Below, in pieces: positions 1 through 8,522 of a stretch of 64,000 nucleotides of DNA; position 1 is the first letter of the stretch; each line of letters starts with the position of its first letter. This DNA is from a virus. Lineage: Duplodnaviria > Caudoviricetes. The DNA lies in IMG/VR virus record IMGVR_UViG_3300021514_000002, positions 256,001 through 320,000 of that record, one strand, 5' to 3'. The position numbers were made by a program, and so were the translations under genes. The notes under the pieces were generated by a model that saw nothing but the letters and a program-made list of their open reading frames with translations, made no database searches and was not told where the DNA came from.

Positions 1-1
1 A

Positions 2-373
2 TATATTAGCGATTTCAATAAACTAAAATTAGGGCTTAATAAGATTAATAATATTCGGGCACAAGAGGTTGGTTTATATAGTGATCGGCTAAAAGTTGCA
101 GGAACCGTAGATTGTGTTGCTGAATATGCAGGGGTGTTGTCTATTATCGATTTCAAGACATCTACGAATAATAAAACCAAGGATATGATTGATGATTACT
201 TTAAGCAATGCACCGCATATGCTATTGCTTGGCATGAGCGCACAGGTGAAGCAATCGAAAACATTACCATCATCATAACAGTGGAACGGGCATTAATGCC
301 TTTAATTTTTACAGAAAGCATTGAAAATTGGATTTCTCCATTATTACAAGACATTGCAGCTTATAAAGATTAA
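2..373 (+). CDS. PD-(D/E)XK exonuclease, 5'-truncated by the window edge
   Basis: The frame is open from base 2 and reads ...AQEVGLYSDRLKVAGTVDCVAEYAGVLSIIDFKTS...Q-C-T-A-Y, the AGTVD...IIDFKT...Q..AY motif set of phage PD-(D/E)XK exonucleases. The ORF track starts it too late (134). Confidence 0.85.
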   Translation, partial: YISDFNKLKLGLNKINNIRAQEVGLYSDRLKVAGTVDCVAEYAGVLSIIDFKTSTNNKTKDMIDDYFKQCTAYAIAWHERTGEAIENITIIITVERALMPLIFTESIENWISPLLQDIAAYKD

Positions 374-374
374 G

Positions 375-382
375 AATAAATA
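375..382 (+). promoter_or_regulatory. Possible T4-type late promoter (AATAAATA)
   Basis: Matches the NATAAATA motif found before structural genes in this window; 25 nt upstream of ORF 407. Confidence 0.4.
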
Positions 383-406
383 AAAGAAATACATAAGGGA
401 ATTCAC

Positions 407-1300
407 ATGGAATTTGCAAATTTAGACGAACTAAAACAACAATTTATTAGCGGGGGCGAATTTGCCTTCCCCGAAGAACTTACAATTGCAGGTATTAAAT
501 ATAAGACTAATAAATCATCATCCTATACCATGGAAAAAATGATAAAAGATGGAATTAAAGCAATGTGGGTATTTTTTACCCATTCCCCTGAACAAGCAAA
601 AGAAGTGGGATTAAATCACGCAATTGTATTTCTTTGGGGATTTGTACCTGATAAACATATCATGGTTCCGTACGATGTTCGTACTACATCAAAGGCTCGA
701 CTGGCTGGTCCAATTACAGAAAAGATCGATAGTGGTAATAGCGTCAATATTCCAAAAGAAAAAATCATTGGGGATGTAGTGGATGTTATGATTACGAGTA
801 TTCCTGGCAGCACGCCAATGAAAGGCAAAGTAGATACTGGAGCTGATGTTTCTTCGATCCACGCAGAAGATTGGCAGGTTGATAATGGACAGGTCACCTT
901 TAATTGTCCAGAATTGTCAGAGAATAAAATAACCCTTCCGGTTATTGAAAAACAAGCAATTAAATCATCAAATGGTGATACCGAATATCGTCCTGTTATT
1001 GAATTAAATATCCAAATTAATAATCAACAATTGCCGAATGTTATGTTCAACTTAAATGATCGTGGTACGATGACATATCCTATGCTGGTTGGCCAAAATA
1101 TTCTTGAGCGTGGTGGATTTATGATAGATCCAACTATAAACGATCCCGATAAAGTCAATGAAACCATAGACGTTAACTGGAATGCATTACAAGAAGAGTT
1201 CAAAGACGATATTATTCTAGACGTTATATCCGAAAATAAAAATGGTCATATGGAGAAAATTATTGATTTCATAAAAACAGAGATTGAAAATGAAAGTTAA
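407..1300 (+). CDS. Retropepsin-like aspartic protease (RimK-associated / PF05618-like) with N-terminal extension
   Basis: KGKVDTGADVSSIHA (DTG active site), YRPVIEL, FNLNDRGTMTYPMLVGQNIL motifs. Confidence 0.8.
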   Translation: MEFANLDELKQQFISGGEFAFPEELTIAGIKYKTNKSSSYTMEKMIKDGIKAMWVFFTHSPEQAKEVGLNHAIVFLWGFVPDKHIMVPYDVRTTSKARLAGPITEKIDSGNSVNIPKEKIIGDVVDVMITSIPGSTPMKGKVDTGADVSSIHAEDWQVDNGQVTFNCPELSENKITLPVIEKQAIKSSNGDTEYRPVIELNIQINNQQLPNVMFNLNDRGTMTYPMLVGQNILERGGFMIDPTINDPDKVNETIDVNWNALQEEFKDDIILDVISENKNGHMEKIIDFIKTEIENES

Positions 1301-1760
1301 AGACATCATAGTAGAGAGGGATGAGGGCGATGAAAGACAATACCCAAATCCAATTCACTATGATTACGAAAAAGCAACTGAAATCTATGATTTAGCAGAT
1401 GCTGTTGTTGGTGAACTAGTATCATTATATAATAAAGAACATGGGATAACCGAATTTGTACCTGCCCTATATAGAAAGGCTGCAGTTTTACAAAAAGAAA
1501 AATATGGGAAAGTGATGGATGTTCCTGTTGATAATTTAATATCAATGGAAAGTCACTTATATGAACCACATATGAAAAAGTTATCTAAAAATGTACCTGA
1601 GCAATCTATAGGTAAACTTCCACATATTTTCAAAGTAGAAAATGTTTTATTGGTTGCAGATGGAAATCATCGCATCGTAGCTGAAATGGAAAAGGGTAAT
1701 AAAACCATCAAAGCAATTGTACTTGATATTGTAGCACTAGCAAAACAATTTAAAATATAA
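1290..1760 (+). CDS. ParB/Srx-fold protein
   Basis: LPHIFK...LLVADGNHRIVA motif. ATG at 1290 preferred over TTG at 1284. Confidence 0.65.
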   Translation: MKVKDIIVERDEGDERQYPNPIHYDYEKATEIYDLADAVVGELVSLYNKEHGITEFVPALYRKAAVLQKEKYGKVMDVPVDNLISMESHLYEPHMKKLSKNVPEQSIGKLPHIFKVENVLLVADGNHRIVAEMEKGNKTIKAIVLDIVALAKQFKI

Positions 1761-1775
1761 CATAAGGAATATTAT

Positions 1776-2396
1776 ATGGCAGTTCCAAAATCACCATTCT
1801 ACGTAGTACAAAATTTTATTTCCCCAAAACAATGCGAGATGATTGTTGACAACTTAGGATATTATTCACCTGATGTTGATAAGGAAGGGAAGCCCATAAA
1901 AATGATGAGGCATCATGAAGAATCTGAAAAGATAGTCTATGAGAAATTCGCACCATTAATACCTACGCTCGAGAAATATTACGATTTTGAGCATAGAGGT
2001 ACAGAACCCATGACGTTTGAATTCCATGCAGAAGGTGTTGTTCCAGAAGCAATTGCCGATAATTCTAAATGGATTAAAAAGAAATGGTCGCGTACGCGTG
2101 ATAGAGATTTTAGTGCCGTATTATTTTTAAGTGACTATCAAGAACAATTACCGTTTGATTCCGATTACGAAGTATATGGTGGTAAGTTAGAATTCTTGCA
2201 GCACAAATTTGGATTCAATCCAGAGCGTGGAACTCTTATAGTATATCCGAGCAGTCCTCATTTTATTAATGCCATATCGGAAATTGCCGCTGGTGATTTG
2301 TTCATGGCGAGGTTTTATATGGCAGCACAAGTTCCATACCTATACTTACCAGAAAATTTCCCAGGCAACTATTTAAGTTGGTTTAGTGAATTATAG
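1776..2396 (+). CDS. 2OG-Fe(II) oxygenase (prolyl-hydroxylase-like) fold, catalytic residues apparently degenerate
   Basis: VVQNFISPKQC, RDFSAVLFLSD, GGKLEF, PERGTLIVYPS motifs. HxD reads IAD and the distal H...R reads N...L. Confidence 0.7.
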   Translation: MAVPKSPFYVVQNFISPKQCEMIVDNLGYYSPDVDKEGKPIKMMRHHEESEKIVYEKFAPLIPTLEKYYDFEHRGTEPMTFEFHAEGVVPEAIADNSKWIKKKWSRTRDRDFSAVLFLSDYQEQLPFDSDYEVYGGKLEFLQHKFGFNPERGTLIVYPSSPHFINAISEIAAGDLFMARFYMAAQVPYLYLPENFPGNYLSWFSEL

Positions 2397-2398
2397 GC

Positions 2399-2427
2399 TT
2401 GACATCGGCAACTAAATAGGTTATAAT
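2399..2427 (+). promoter_or_regulatory. sigma70 promoter, perfect consensus
   Basis: TTGACA (2399-2404), 17 bp spacer, TATAAT (2422-2427), upstream of the SLT gene. Confidence 0.85.
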
Positions 2428-2437
2428 TCTTCAAATT

Positions 2438-3502
2438 ATGAAAAATGGAAAAGGTAAATATATGAAATTCATCAATATTAATAAAATTAAATCACAATTT
2501 AAAAAGTATATCAACGCCCAAAACTTTAAACGGGCATCAGCAGCGGTTAATGAAGCTGGGTTAGTGATACGTGAAAAAATTTCTATTTTAAAACATCACA
2601 TTGATTCGGGTTCCTTTAATGCGGTAACAATGATAATGGTTATTACTATATCGGTTGTATTATTAACAAGTACTACGCATCATTATAACATAGTGATGGC
2701 TGAGGCAAAAGCGGAAGCGTCACATGCTAAAATTAAAATCGCACAAGAAGAAACCAAGCGAGTAGTTGCTGTTGCTAAAATTCGCGCAGATGCAATGATT
2801 GGGGTTGCCCATTATCAAGCGCGCACAGAAGAAGCGCGTGCAGCGAAAAATCCTTATATTGCTGCGGCAGAACACAGTAATACTCCCGTCAATGTTTATA
2901 TTAATGATAAAGATTTAAATTATGTAATTAATACATCTGATGGTGCTACTGAAATTGCCATTAGTACAATTCACGTAAAAGGGAAAAAATATACACCCGA
3001 GCAACGTAAATTAATGACAATTGCCTTTTATATAGGTAAAGAAATAGGTTATCCAGAAACTATTCAATCTTTATTGTTACAAGAAACCCGTGCAGGGGCG
3101 TATGGTGATAGAATTGGCGATACTAATTTACCAATCGGCAAACGTAGTTATGGTGTAATGCAAATGAAAGTTGCAACCGCACGTAAAGTATTAAGAAAAC
3201 ATCCTGCCCTCGTACCTAACTATTTTCCAAATCGCAAAACGTATAAGCGCATACGCGATGAAGAAATTATTATTAAATTGATTCAAGATGATGAGTTTAA
3301 TATTCGCTTGGCCACGTTGAATTTTGAGATCCACCGCAGATTATCTAACAGTTGGGCATTATCTGTCGTCGCTTACAATACTGGACAGGGTGCAGCTAAT
3401 CACATTACTAAACCTAAAGAACATATTTATTATGGTCATATTCTTAATAAATTAATTAAAGATGTTCGTCCTTTCAATAAAGAATCAAATTTAACAATAT
3501 AA
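2438..3502 (+). CDS. Lytic transglycosylase (SLT domain) with N-terminal transmembrane segment and coiled-coil stalk
   Basis: LLQETRAG (catalytic Glu), YGVMQM and AYNTG motifs; hydrophobic segment AVTMIMVITISVVLLT. Exact start uncertain. Confidence 0.8.
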   Translation: MKNGKGKYMKFININKIKSQFKKYINAQNFKRASAAVNEAGLVIREKISILKHHIDSGSFNAVTMIMVITISVVLLTSTTHHYNIVMAEAKAEASHAKIKIAQEETKRVVAVAKIRADAMIGVAHYQARTEEARAAKNPYIAAAEHSNTPVNVYINDKDLNYVINTSDGATEIAISTIHVKGKKYTPEQRKLMTIAFYIGKEIGYPETIQSLLLQETRAGAYGDRIGDTNLPIGKRSYGVMQMKVATARKVLRKHPALVPNYFPNRKTYKRIRDEEIIIKLIQDDEFNIRLATLNFEIHRRLSNSWALSVVAYNTGQGAANHITKPKEHIYYGHILNKLIKDVRPFNKESNLTI

Positions 3503-3505
3503 ATA
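3498..3505 (+). promoter_or_regulatory. T4-type late promoter TATAAATA
   Basis: Exact T4 late consensus overlapping the SLT stop codon, upstream of ORF 3566. Confidence 0.45.
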
Positions 3506-3565
3506 GTTGTTTTTCTATTCCTGTTATGTTATATTATAAAAAAATAATAATAACAGGAGTAGAAA

Positions 3566-3832
3566 ATGACAATAGTTGTAGATCCAGATGATCGCAGAGC
3601 GATGAAAGCAATGATTGTAGAAATGACATATTGCTTACAAAAAATAGAAGATCAAAGAGAAGCGATGAAAGATATCGCAACCGCAGCAGAAGAAAAATTC
3701 AGCATCAAGAAAAAGTTTGTCAATAAAATGGCAAGAACAATGTTCAAACATTCATACGCCGATTTGCAATCCGAAAACGAATCCTTTGAACTGTTGTATG
3801 AAACTGTAATCGAAGGTGCAGCAAACCAATAA
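3566..3832 (+). CDS. T4 DsbA-like / GapR-like dsDNA-binding protein
   Basis: 88-aa helical protein with pattern ...MKDIA..A.EKFSIKKKFVNKMA..MFK...E.E.FELLYETV, like T4 DsbA. Strong AGGAG RBS. Confidence 0.65.
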   Translation: MTIVVDPDDRRAMKAMIVEMTYCLQKIEDQREAMKDIATAAEEKFSIKKKFVNKMARTMFKHSYADLQSENESFELLYETVIEGAANQ

Positions 3833-3836
3833 AATT

Positions 3837-3863
3837 AAAAAAGGGGCATTTAGCCCCTTTTTT
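3837..3863. terminator. Intrinsic terminator (A-tract/T-tract, potentially bidirectional)
   Basis: AAAAAAGGGGC-ATTTA-GCCCCTTTTTT. Confidence 0.85.
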
Positions 3864-3896
3864 AATGCATTACAATTAACCACCAAAAAACACATC

Positions 3897-3925
3897 TTGA
3901 CAAACAAATGAGTATATTGTATTAT
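3897..3925 (+). promoter_or_regulatory. sigma70 promoter of the DNA polymerase
   Basis: TTGACA (3897-3902), 17 bp spacer, TATTAT (3920-3925). Confidence 0.8.
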
Positions 3926-3944
3926 GCAAAAAAGAGGATAATAA

Positions 3945-6587
3945 ATGGGATATATCGGCACAATAAAAAAAAATAACGATATTTTAGTCTGGGAACGAAA
4001 CAACGGAAAACGCGAAGTAGTTAATTATAGAGCACCTTATTATTTCTATACAAAATCCAAGACTGGTACATATACCAGCATGTATGGTGATAAATTAGAA
4101 CGTCATGATTTCGCAACAAGTAAAGAATTCAATACGGAACGGGCAAAATGTAATAGCATGGGGATTGAGATGTTTGAATCGGATATCCCTCCCGAACTGA
4201 AACTATTATCAGAAAAATACTATAATAAACCTGTTCCAGTTCTTAATGTAACCTTTTTCGATATTGAAGTAGATTACGACAAGCAACGCGGTTATTCGTC
4301 AATTGAAGATCCATACGCCCCGATTAATGCTATTGCATTATATAATACTTGGCAGAAGCGAATGTTGGTATTAGCAGTACCACCCGAAGAATATGATGGA
4401 CCGACAGACGAAAAAACTATCATTGCATTAATGAATGAAATCGCCGAATTATCAACAGATTATACCATTGAAGTAGTTTTGTTTGATAGCGAACGTGAAT
4501 TATTAATTCGTTTTTTGGAAGAAATTGAAGATAGTGATGCTCTTTCGGGTTGGAATAGTGAAATGTACGATATTCCAATGATGGGTAAACGGTTGGAGTT
4601 GTTAGGGAAACAATATTTCAATAAATTATCGTTCCCAGAAGGCAGACCCCCAAGGTTCAGAGAAGTTGAAGATCAGAATAAAAGAATTAACTGGGTATTA
4701 GATTTATCTGGTAGAATCAGCGCGGATTACATGCTTATATTTAAAAAATATGAGGTAGTTGAAAGGCCGACTTATCGCTTAGAAGCAATTTCCGATGAGA
4801 TATTAATTGATGCAAAAACTAAAGAACCTATTCTACCAAAATTAGAATATGAAGGGTCGTTGGCTAGTCAATACCGTAAGGATTTTATTTGGTTCTTACG
4901 ATATAATCTCCGCGATACTGAAATCTTGAAAGGTTTTGAAGACCGTTTAGGATATGTTGAACTTGCAAATCAAATGTACCATCTTTCAACTGGCCAATTC
5001 AAACACGTAACAGGTACATTAAAATTATCAGAGCTTGCAACGATTAATTACTGTCATTATGAATTAAACGGCGTGGTTGTTAATGATGTACATGTTCCCG
5101 ATCAAACAGAAAAAGCTAAAGGTGCGTTTGTATTACTTCCACAAATTGGGGAACATGAATGGATTGGAGCAATTGATATCAATTCATTATATCCGTCAGC
5201 CATTCGTTCAAACAACATTAGTCCAGAAACTATCATCGGACAATTCATTGAAAACGAACGAGCTTTTGTAGAAATCAAGAAACGGTCTTTTGTCCAATTG
5301 ACCCTTGAGATGGATAGTGGTGAAAAACTAACTGCAAGTGCCGACGAATGGCGCGAGGCATTGTTGAACAAAAACTGGTCAATTTCTGGTTACGGAACTG
5401 TATTTTCCCAAGAAAAACAAGGGATTATGCCAGCCATTCTCGAATATTGGTATTCTAGTAGAAAGAAATATCAGAAATTGATGATAGAAGCTAAAGAAAA
5501 CGGCGACCAAATAAAAGCCACATATTATGATAAATTACAATACGTTTATAAGATTAAACTGAACAGTTACTATGGTTCATTGTTGAATGGATATTTTAGA
5601 TTTTACGATAAGCGCCTTGGTGAAAGTACAACTGGTACTAGTCGTGCTATACTTTTACATCAATGCGCAAAGGTTGCCGAACTTCTTGACGGTGAATATG
5701 CTCAAACCGACAGATTGGAATATGATAAGCACGGTAAACCGCATATTGGATATTCTGATAAATGGTCAGTTCTATATGGCGATACTGATTCAACTTACTT
5801 TGAAACACATGCCACATGTGAAGAAGAGGCAGTTATAATCGCAGACGCTGTTGGCGAAAAGACAAGTGAATCTTTCCCAGAATTCATGCGCGAAACTTTT
5901 CTATGTGCCCATGGATTCGACGACATCATTAAAACAGGACGCGAGATCGTTTCAGACAAAGGAATCTTTGTTGATAAGAAACGTTACTTCTTACACATCG
6001 TTGACAATGAAGGATTTAAATGTGATAAGATTAAGGTCATGGGATTGGACACGAAAAAGACTACACTACCAAAAGAAGTATCTAATACATTAAATGGATT
6101 TGTTGAACGGTACTTAAAAGGCGAAAATTGGGATACGATTGCAACCGAGATTGTTGATTACAAAGATGTACTTTTTAACACAAAGAATGTTATGTTTATT
6201 GGGTTACCAAAAGGCGTTAAAAATGTTGAGAAATACACACAAGCATATGAGGATGATAAAACTACTAGACTTCCTGGTCATGTGGCTGCTAGTATATTTT
6301 ATAACATTTGTCGTCAATTATATGACGATAAGGAAAGTTTTGAAATTAAATCAGGCATGAAAATAAAAGTATTCTACTTGAATAAAATGTATGGTAGATT
6401 TAAGAGTATTGCAATTCCTGTTGACATTGAAAAAGTCCCTGATTGGTTTATTGAAGACTTTACTATTGATAGAAAAGCACACGTTGATAGGTTAGTAGAT
6501 AATCCTATGAATAATATAATTAAAGCAATAGACAAGGTATCACCATCACACCAAAGTCTATTGACGGATTCACTGTTGGATTTTTAA
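3945..6587 (+). CDS. 43: Family B DNA polymerase (T4 gp43-like)
   Basis: Exo motifs FFDIEVD, WNSEMYDIP, YNLRD; polymerase motifs DINSLYPS, KIKLNSYYG, YGDTDS; C-terminal SLLDF clamp-binding-like tail. Confidence 0.97.
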   Translation: MGYIGTIKKNNDILVWERNNGKREVVNYRAPYYFYTKSKTGTYTSMYGDKLERHDFATSKEFNTERAKCNSMGIEMFESDIPPELKLLSEKYYNKPVPVLNVTFFDIEVDYDKQRGYSSIEDPYAPINAIALYNTWQKRMLVLAVPPEEYDGPTDEKTIIALMNEIAELSTDYTIEVVLFDSERELLIRFLEEIEDSDALSGWNSEMYDIPMMGKRLELLGKQYFNKLSFPEGRPPRFREVEDQNKRINWVLDLSGRISADYMLIFKKYEVVERPTYRLEAISDEILIDAKTKEPILPKLEYEGSLASQYRKDFIWFLRYNLRDTEILKGFEDRLGYVELANQMYHLSTGQFKHVTGTLKLSELATINYCHYELNGVVVNDVHVPDQTEKAKGAFVLLPQIGEHEWIGAIDINSLYPSAIRSNNISPETIIGQFIENERAFVEIKKRSFVQLTLEMDSGEKLTASADEWREALLNKNWSISGYGTVFSQEKQGIMPAILEYWYSSRKKYQKLMIEAKENGDQIKATYYDKLQYVYKIKLNSYYGSLLNGYFRFYDKRLGESTTGTSRAILLHQCAKVAELLDGEYAQTDRLEYDKHGKPHIGYSDKWSVLYGDTDSTYFETHATCEEEAVIIADAVGEKTSESFPEFMRETFLCAHGFDDIIKTGREIVSDKGIFVDKKRYFLHIVDNEGFKCDKIKVMGLDTKKTTLPKEVSNTLNGFVERYLKGENWDTIATEIVDYKDVLFNTKNVMFIGLPKGVKNVEKYTQAYEDDKTTRLPGHVAASIFYNICRQLYDDKESFEIKSGMKIKVFYLNKMYGRFKSIAIPVDIEKVPDWFIEDFTIDRKAHVDRLVDNPMNNIIKAIDKVSPSHQSLLTDSLLDF

Positions 6588-7004
6588 ATGAAAAAGATAT
6601 ACACCTCAAATTATGCAAGGCATGGAAATAATCCCAACGCGTTCGCTATAAGTTTAACCATACCTGAATGGTATGAAGGTAAGCGACTTGAATATCTCGC
6701 ACCAAAAAGTGACATGGTTGGTAAAATTAAAAAAGATTCTGCAAATTACAATCAACGAAAATATACAAGAGATTATCTTGATATTTTGAGGGCACGTAAT
6801 GTAGATCCAAAAAAATTAATCGAATCTTTACCAGACGGTGCTATTCTGTTATGCTACGAATCCCCTGGTGAGTTTTGCCACAGAAGAATTCTAGCAGATT
6901 GGATTGAGCGGCATACAGAAGTTATTGTACCCGAGTGGAAAAACGAAAAAGAGATTGAAGCAGAAACGCAAAATAAAGTAGTTGACAGTATATTAGATTT
7001 TTAG
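6588..7004 (+). CDS. DUF488-family protein
   Basis: IYTSNY, LAP, LLCYESPGEFCHRRILADW motifs; C-terminal SILDF. Confidence 0.75.
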   Translation: MKKIYTSNYARHGNNPNAFAISLTIPEWYEGKRLEYLAPKSDMVGKIKKDSANYNQRKYTRDYLDILRARNVDPKKLIESLPDGAILLCYESPGEFCHRRILADWIERHTEVIVPEWKNEKEIEAETQNKVVDSILDF

Positions 7005-7010
7005 TATACT
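6982..7010 (+). promoter_or_regulatory. sigma70 promoter of the sliding clamp gene
   Basis: TTGACA (6982-6987), 17 bp spacer, TATACT (7005-7010). Confidence 0.8.
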
Positions 7011-7053
7011 ATGAATATAACATAAAAATAATAAAAATAGGAAATAAATAAAA

Positions 7054-7755
7054 ATGAAACTTACTCAAGATCTCATTGATTTCATCGAAACCGTAGTTAA
7101 AACTGGTCAAAGTGTTAACATTGATAATGTTATCATCGAACCTGATATGGTAAGAGCAATTGATGACGCTCGCACCGTAGTTCTATATCAAAATACTAAT
7201 GTACCTGAAATGCCATTTGGTTCTGTTGGCTTAAACCGGATTAGTGTTTTATTATCACGACTTGAAATCGCAAAATCACAAGACAATTTCACGCTCAATG
7301 TTGTTGTTGATAATGATAGTGAATACGCCCGTTCTATTACTATGAAGAGCACAGGAACAAAGATTGATTACCGCTGTGCTAATCCTTCAACTATCCAAGC
7401 TCCTCGTCAAATAAACGATAATCTGATATACAGCATCCAATTAAATGCCGAAGCGGTTAGTTTGCTTCAAAAGGGGCAAGCTGCAATGGGTTCAGAAACC
7501 GTAACAATTGTGAGTGCAGATGGTATTTCTTTTGAATTAACCGATATAAACAGTGATGTTTTTAAACACACTTTCGCGCCTGCAGTTGATGTATTAGATG
7601 AAGATGCAAATCCTAATTTTTCGCATCGTTATCCTGTAAAAACGTTACTAGCATTGTTTAAACAGAACCCAGATGGCCAATTTAAAATTGGTGAGAAAGG
7701 TATTCTTAATATTAATGTCAATGGTCTTGACATTTACGTTTTGCCACAAGTATAA
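7054..7755 (+). CDS. 45: DNA polymerase sliding clamp (T4 gp45-like)
   Basis: 233 aa, starts MKLTQD; IDYRCANPSTIQAP matches T4 gp45 IFWPAADPSTVVAP as I recall it; next to the polymerase. Confidence 0.8.
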   Translation: MKLTQDLIDFIETVVKTGQSVNIDNVIIEPDMVRAIDDARTVVLYQNTNVPEMPFGSVGLNRISVLLSRLEIAKSQDNFTLNVVVDNDSEYARSITMKSTGTKIDYRCANPSTIQAPRQINDNLIYSIQLNAEAVSLLQKGQAAMGSETVTIVSADGISFELTDINSDVFKHTFAPAVDVLDEDANPNFSHRYPVKTLLALFKQNPDGQFKIGEKGILNINVNGLDIYVLPQV

Positions 7756-7770
7756 ACAATACATGACATA

Positions 7771-7941
7771 ATGCGAACCATTGAACGACTTATAGATAAC
7801 GATTGGTATGTTTGTCGATTGTCAGAGTTAAATAAGGGTGACGTATTTAGAATGCATGAACCCACAGGTGAATTAGTCGGAGGTCAAAACTGGATCGCAG
7901 AAAGCGAGCCAAGCCCCGACTATTCCAATGATGTTGGGTGA
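7771..7941 (+). CDS. Small hypothetical protein (56 aa), not in the ORF track
   Basis: MRTIERLIDNDWYVCRLSELNKGDVFRMHEPTGELVGGQNWIAESEPSPDYSNDVG*; fills the gap between the clamp gene and the next gene. Confidence 0.55.
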   Translation: MRTIERLIDNDWYVCRLSELNKGDVFRMHEPTGELVGGQNWIAESEPSPDYSNDVG

Positions 7942-7978
7942 CCCATATGGGGCATTAGAGCAAAAGGAGAAAATGATA

Positions 7979-8506
7979 ATGACTAAAAAAAATACAAAAT
8001 CTAATCTAGATGAACCGATAATTGATATCGATGAAAAACCTAATCTAAACATAGAAGCACCAGAATTTGATATAACCACTGAAAGTTTTCCACCAACGAA
8101 AGTAGATGATTCTGAAAAAAAATCAACAAGCTCGCTTCTTTCAGGGGATGATTTAGCTGAAATAAAAAAACAATTAATGGAACAGGTCGTTGATGAACTC
8201 AAAGACGACAGAACGCGAAAAATAGAAGAAGCAAAGTTTCGCCGCGAAACAGAAGATACTGAACAAAAAAGATATATTGAAAAGATGAAACAATCCCCAG
8301 ATCCATGGGTCGATATTATTGGTTGGGTTCGCACCGATGAAGGTGTAAAAGTTGAACTTGAGTGGAACGAAGCATTTGTTGATTACTTGCGTGGCAATGG
8401 AATTAAAGGTGCTGACGATGAGCAGGTTGTTCAGAAATGGGTAACATTATTACTACGTGACATGGCCGATGAAATGGAAGAACGTTACGGTAGCGATTAC
8501 GAATAA
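7979..8506 (+). CDS. Hypothetical protein (acidic N-terminus, globular C-terminus)
   Basis: AGGAG at 7965-7969 favours ATG 7979; C-terminal PWVDIIGW...LEWNEAFVDYL domain. Confidence 0.7.
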   Translation: MTKKNTKSNLDEPIIDIDEKPNLNIEAPEFDITTESFPPTKVDDSEKKSTSSLLSGDDLAEIKKQLMEQVVDELKDDRTRKIEEAKFRRETEDTEQKRYIEKMKQSPDPWVDIIGWVRTDEGVKVELEWNEAFVDYLRGNGIKGADDEQVVQKWVTLLLRDMADEMEERYGSDYE

Positions 8507-8522
8507 AAATAGGTAACATATA

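Noticed and set aside
2-373. Cas4 / CRISPR-associated gene
   Set aside because: PD-(D/E)XK nuclease of the common T4-like phage type; no cas neighbours or array.
3945-6587. Intein or intron in the DNA polymerase (also checked gp46 and the helicase)
   Set aside because: Lengths are normal, motifs are contiguous, and I saw no C...HN intein ends or LAGLIDADG motifs.
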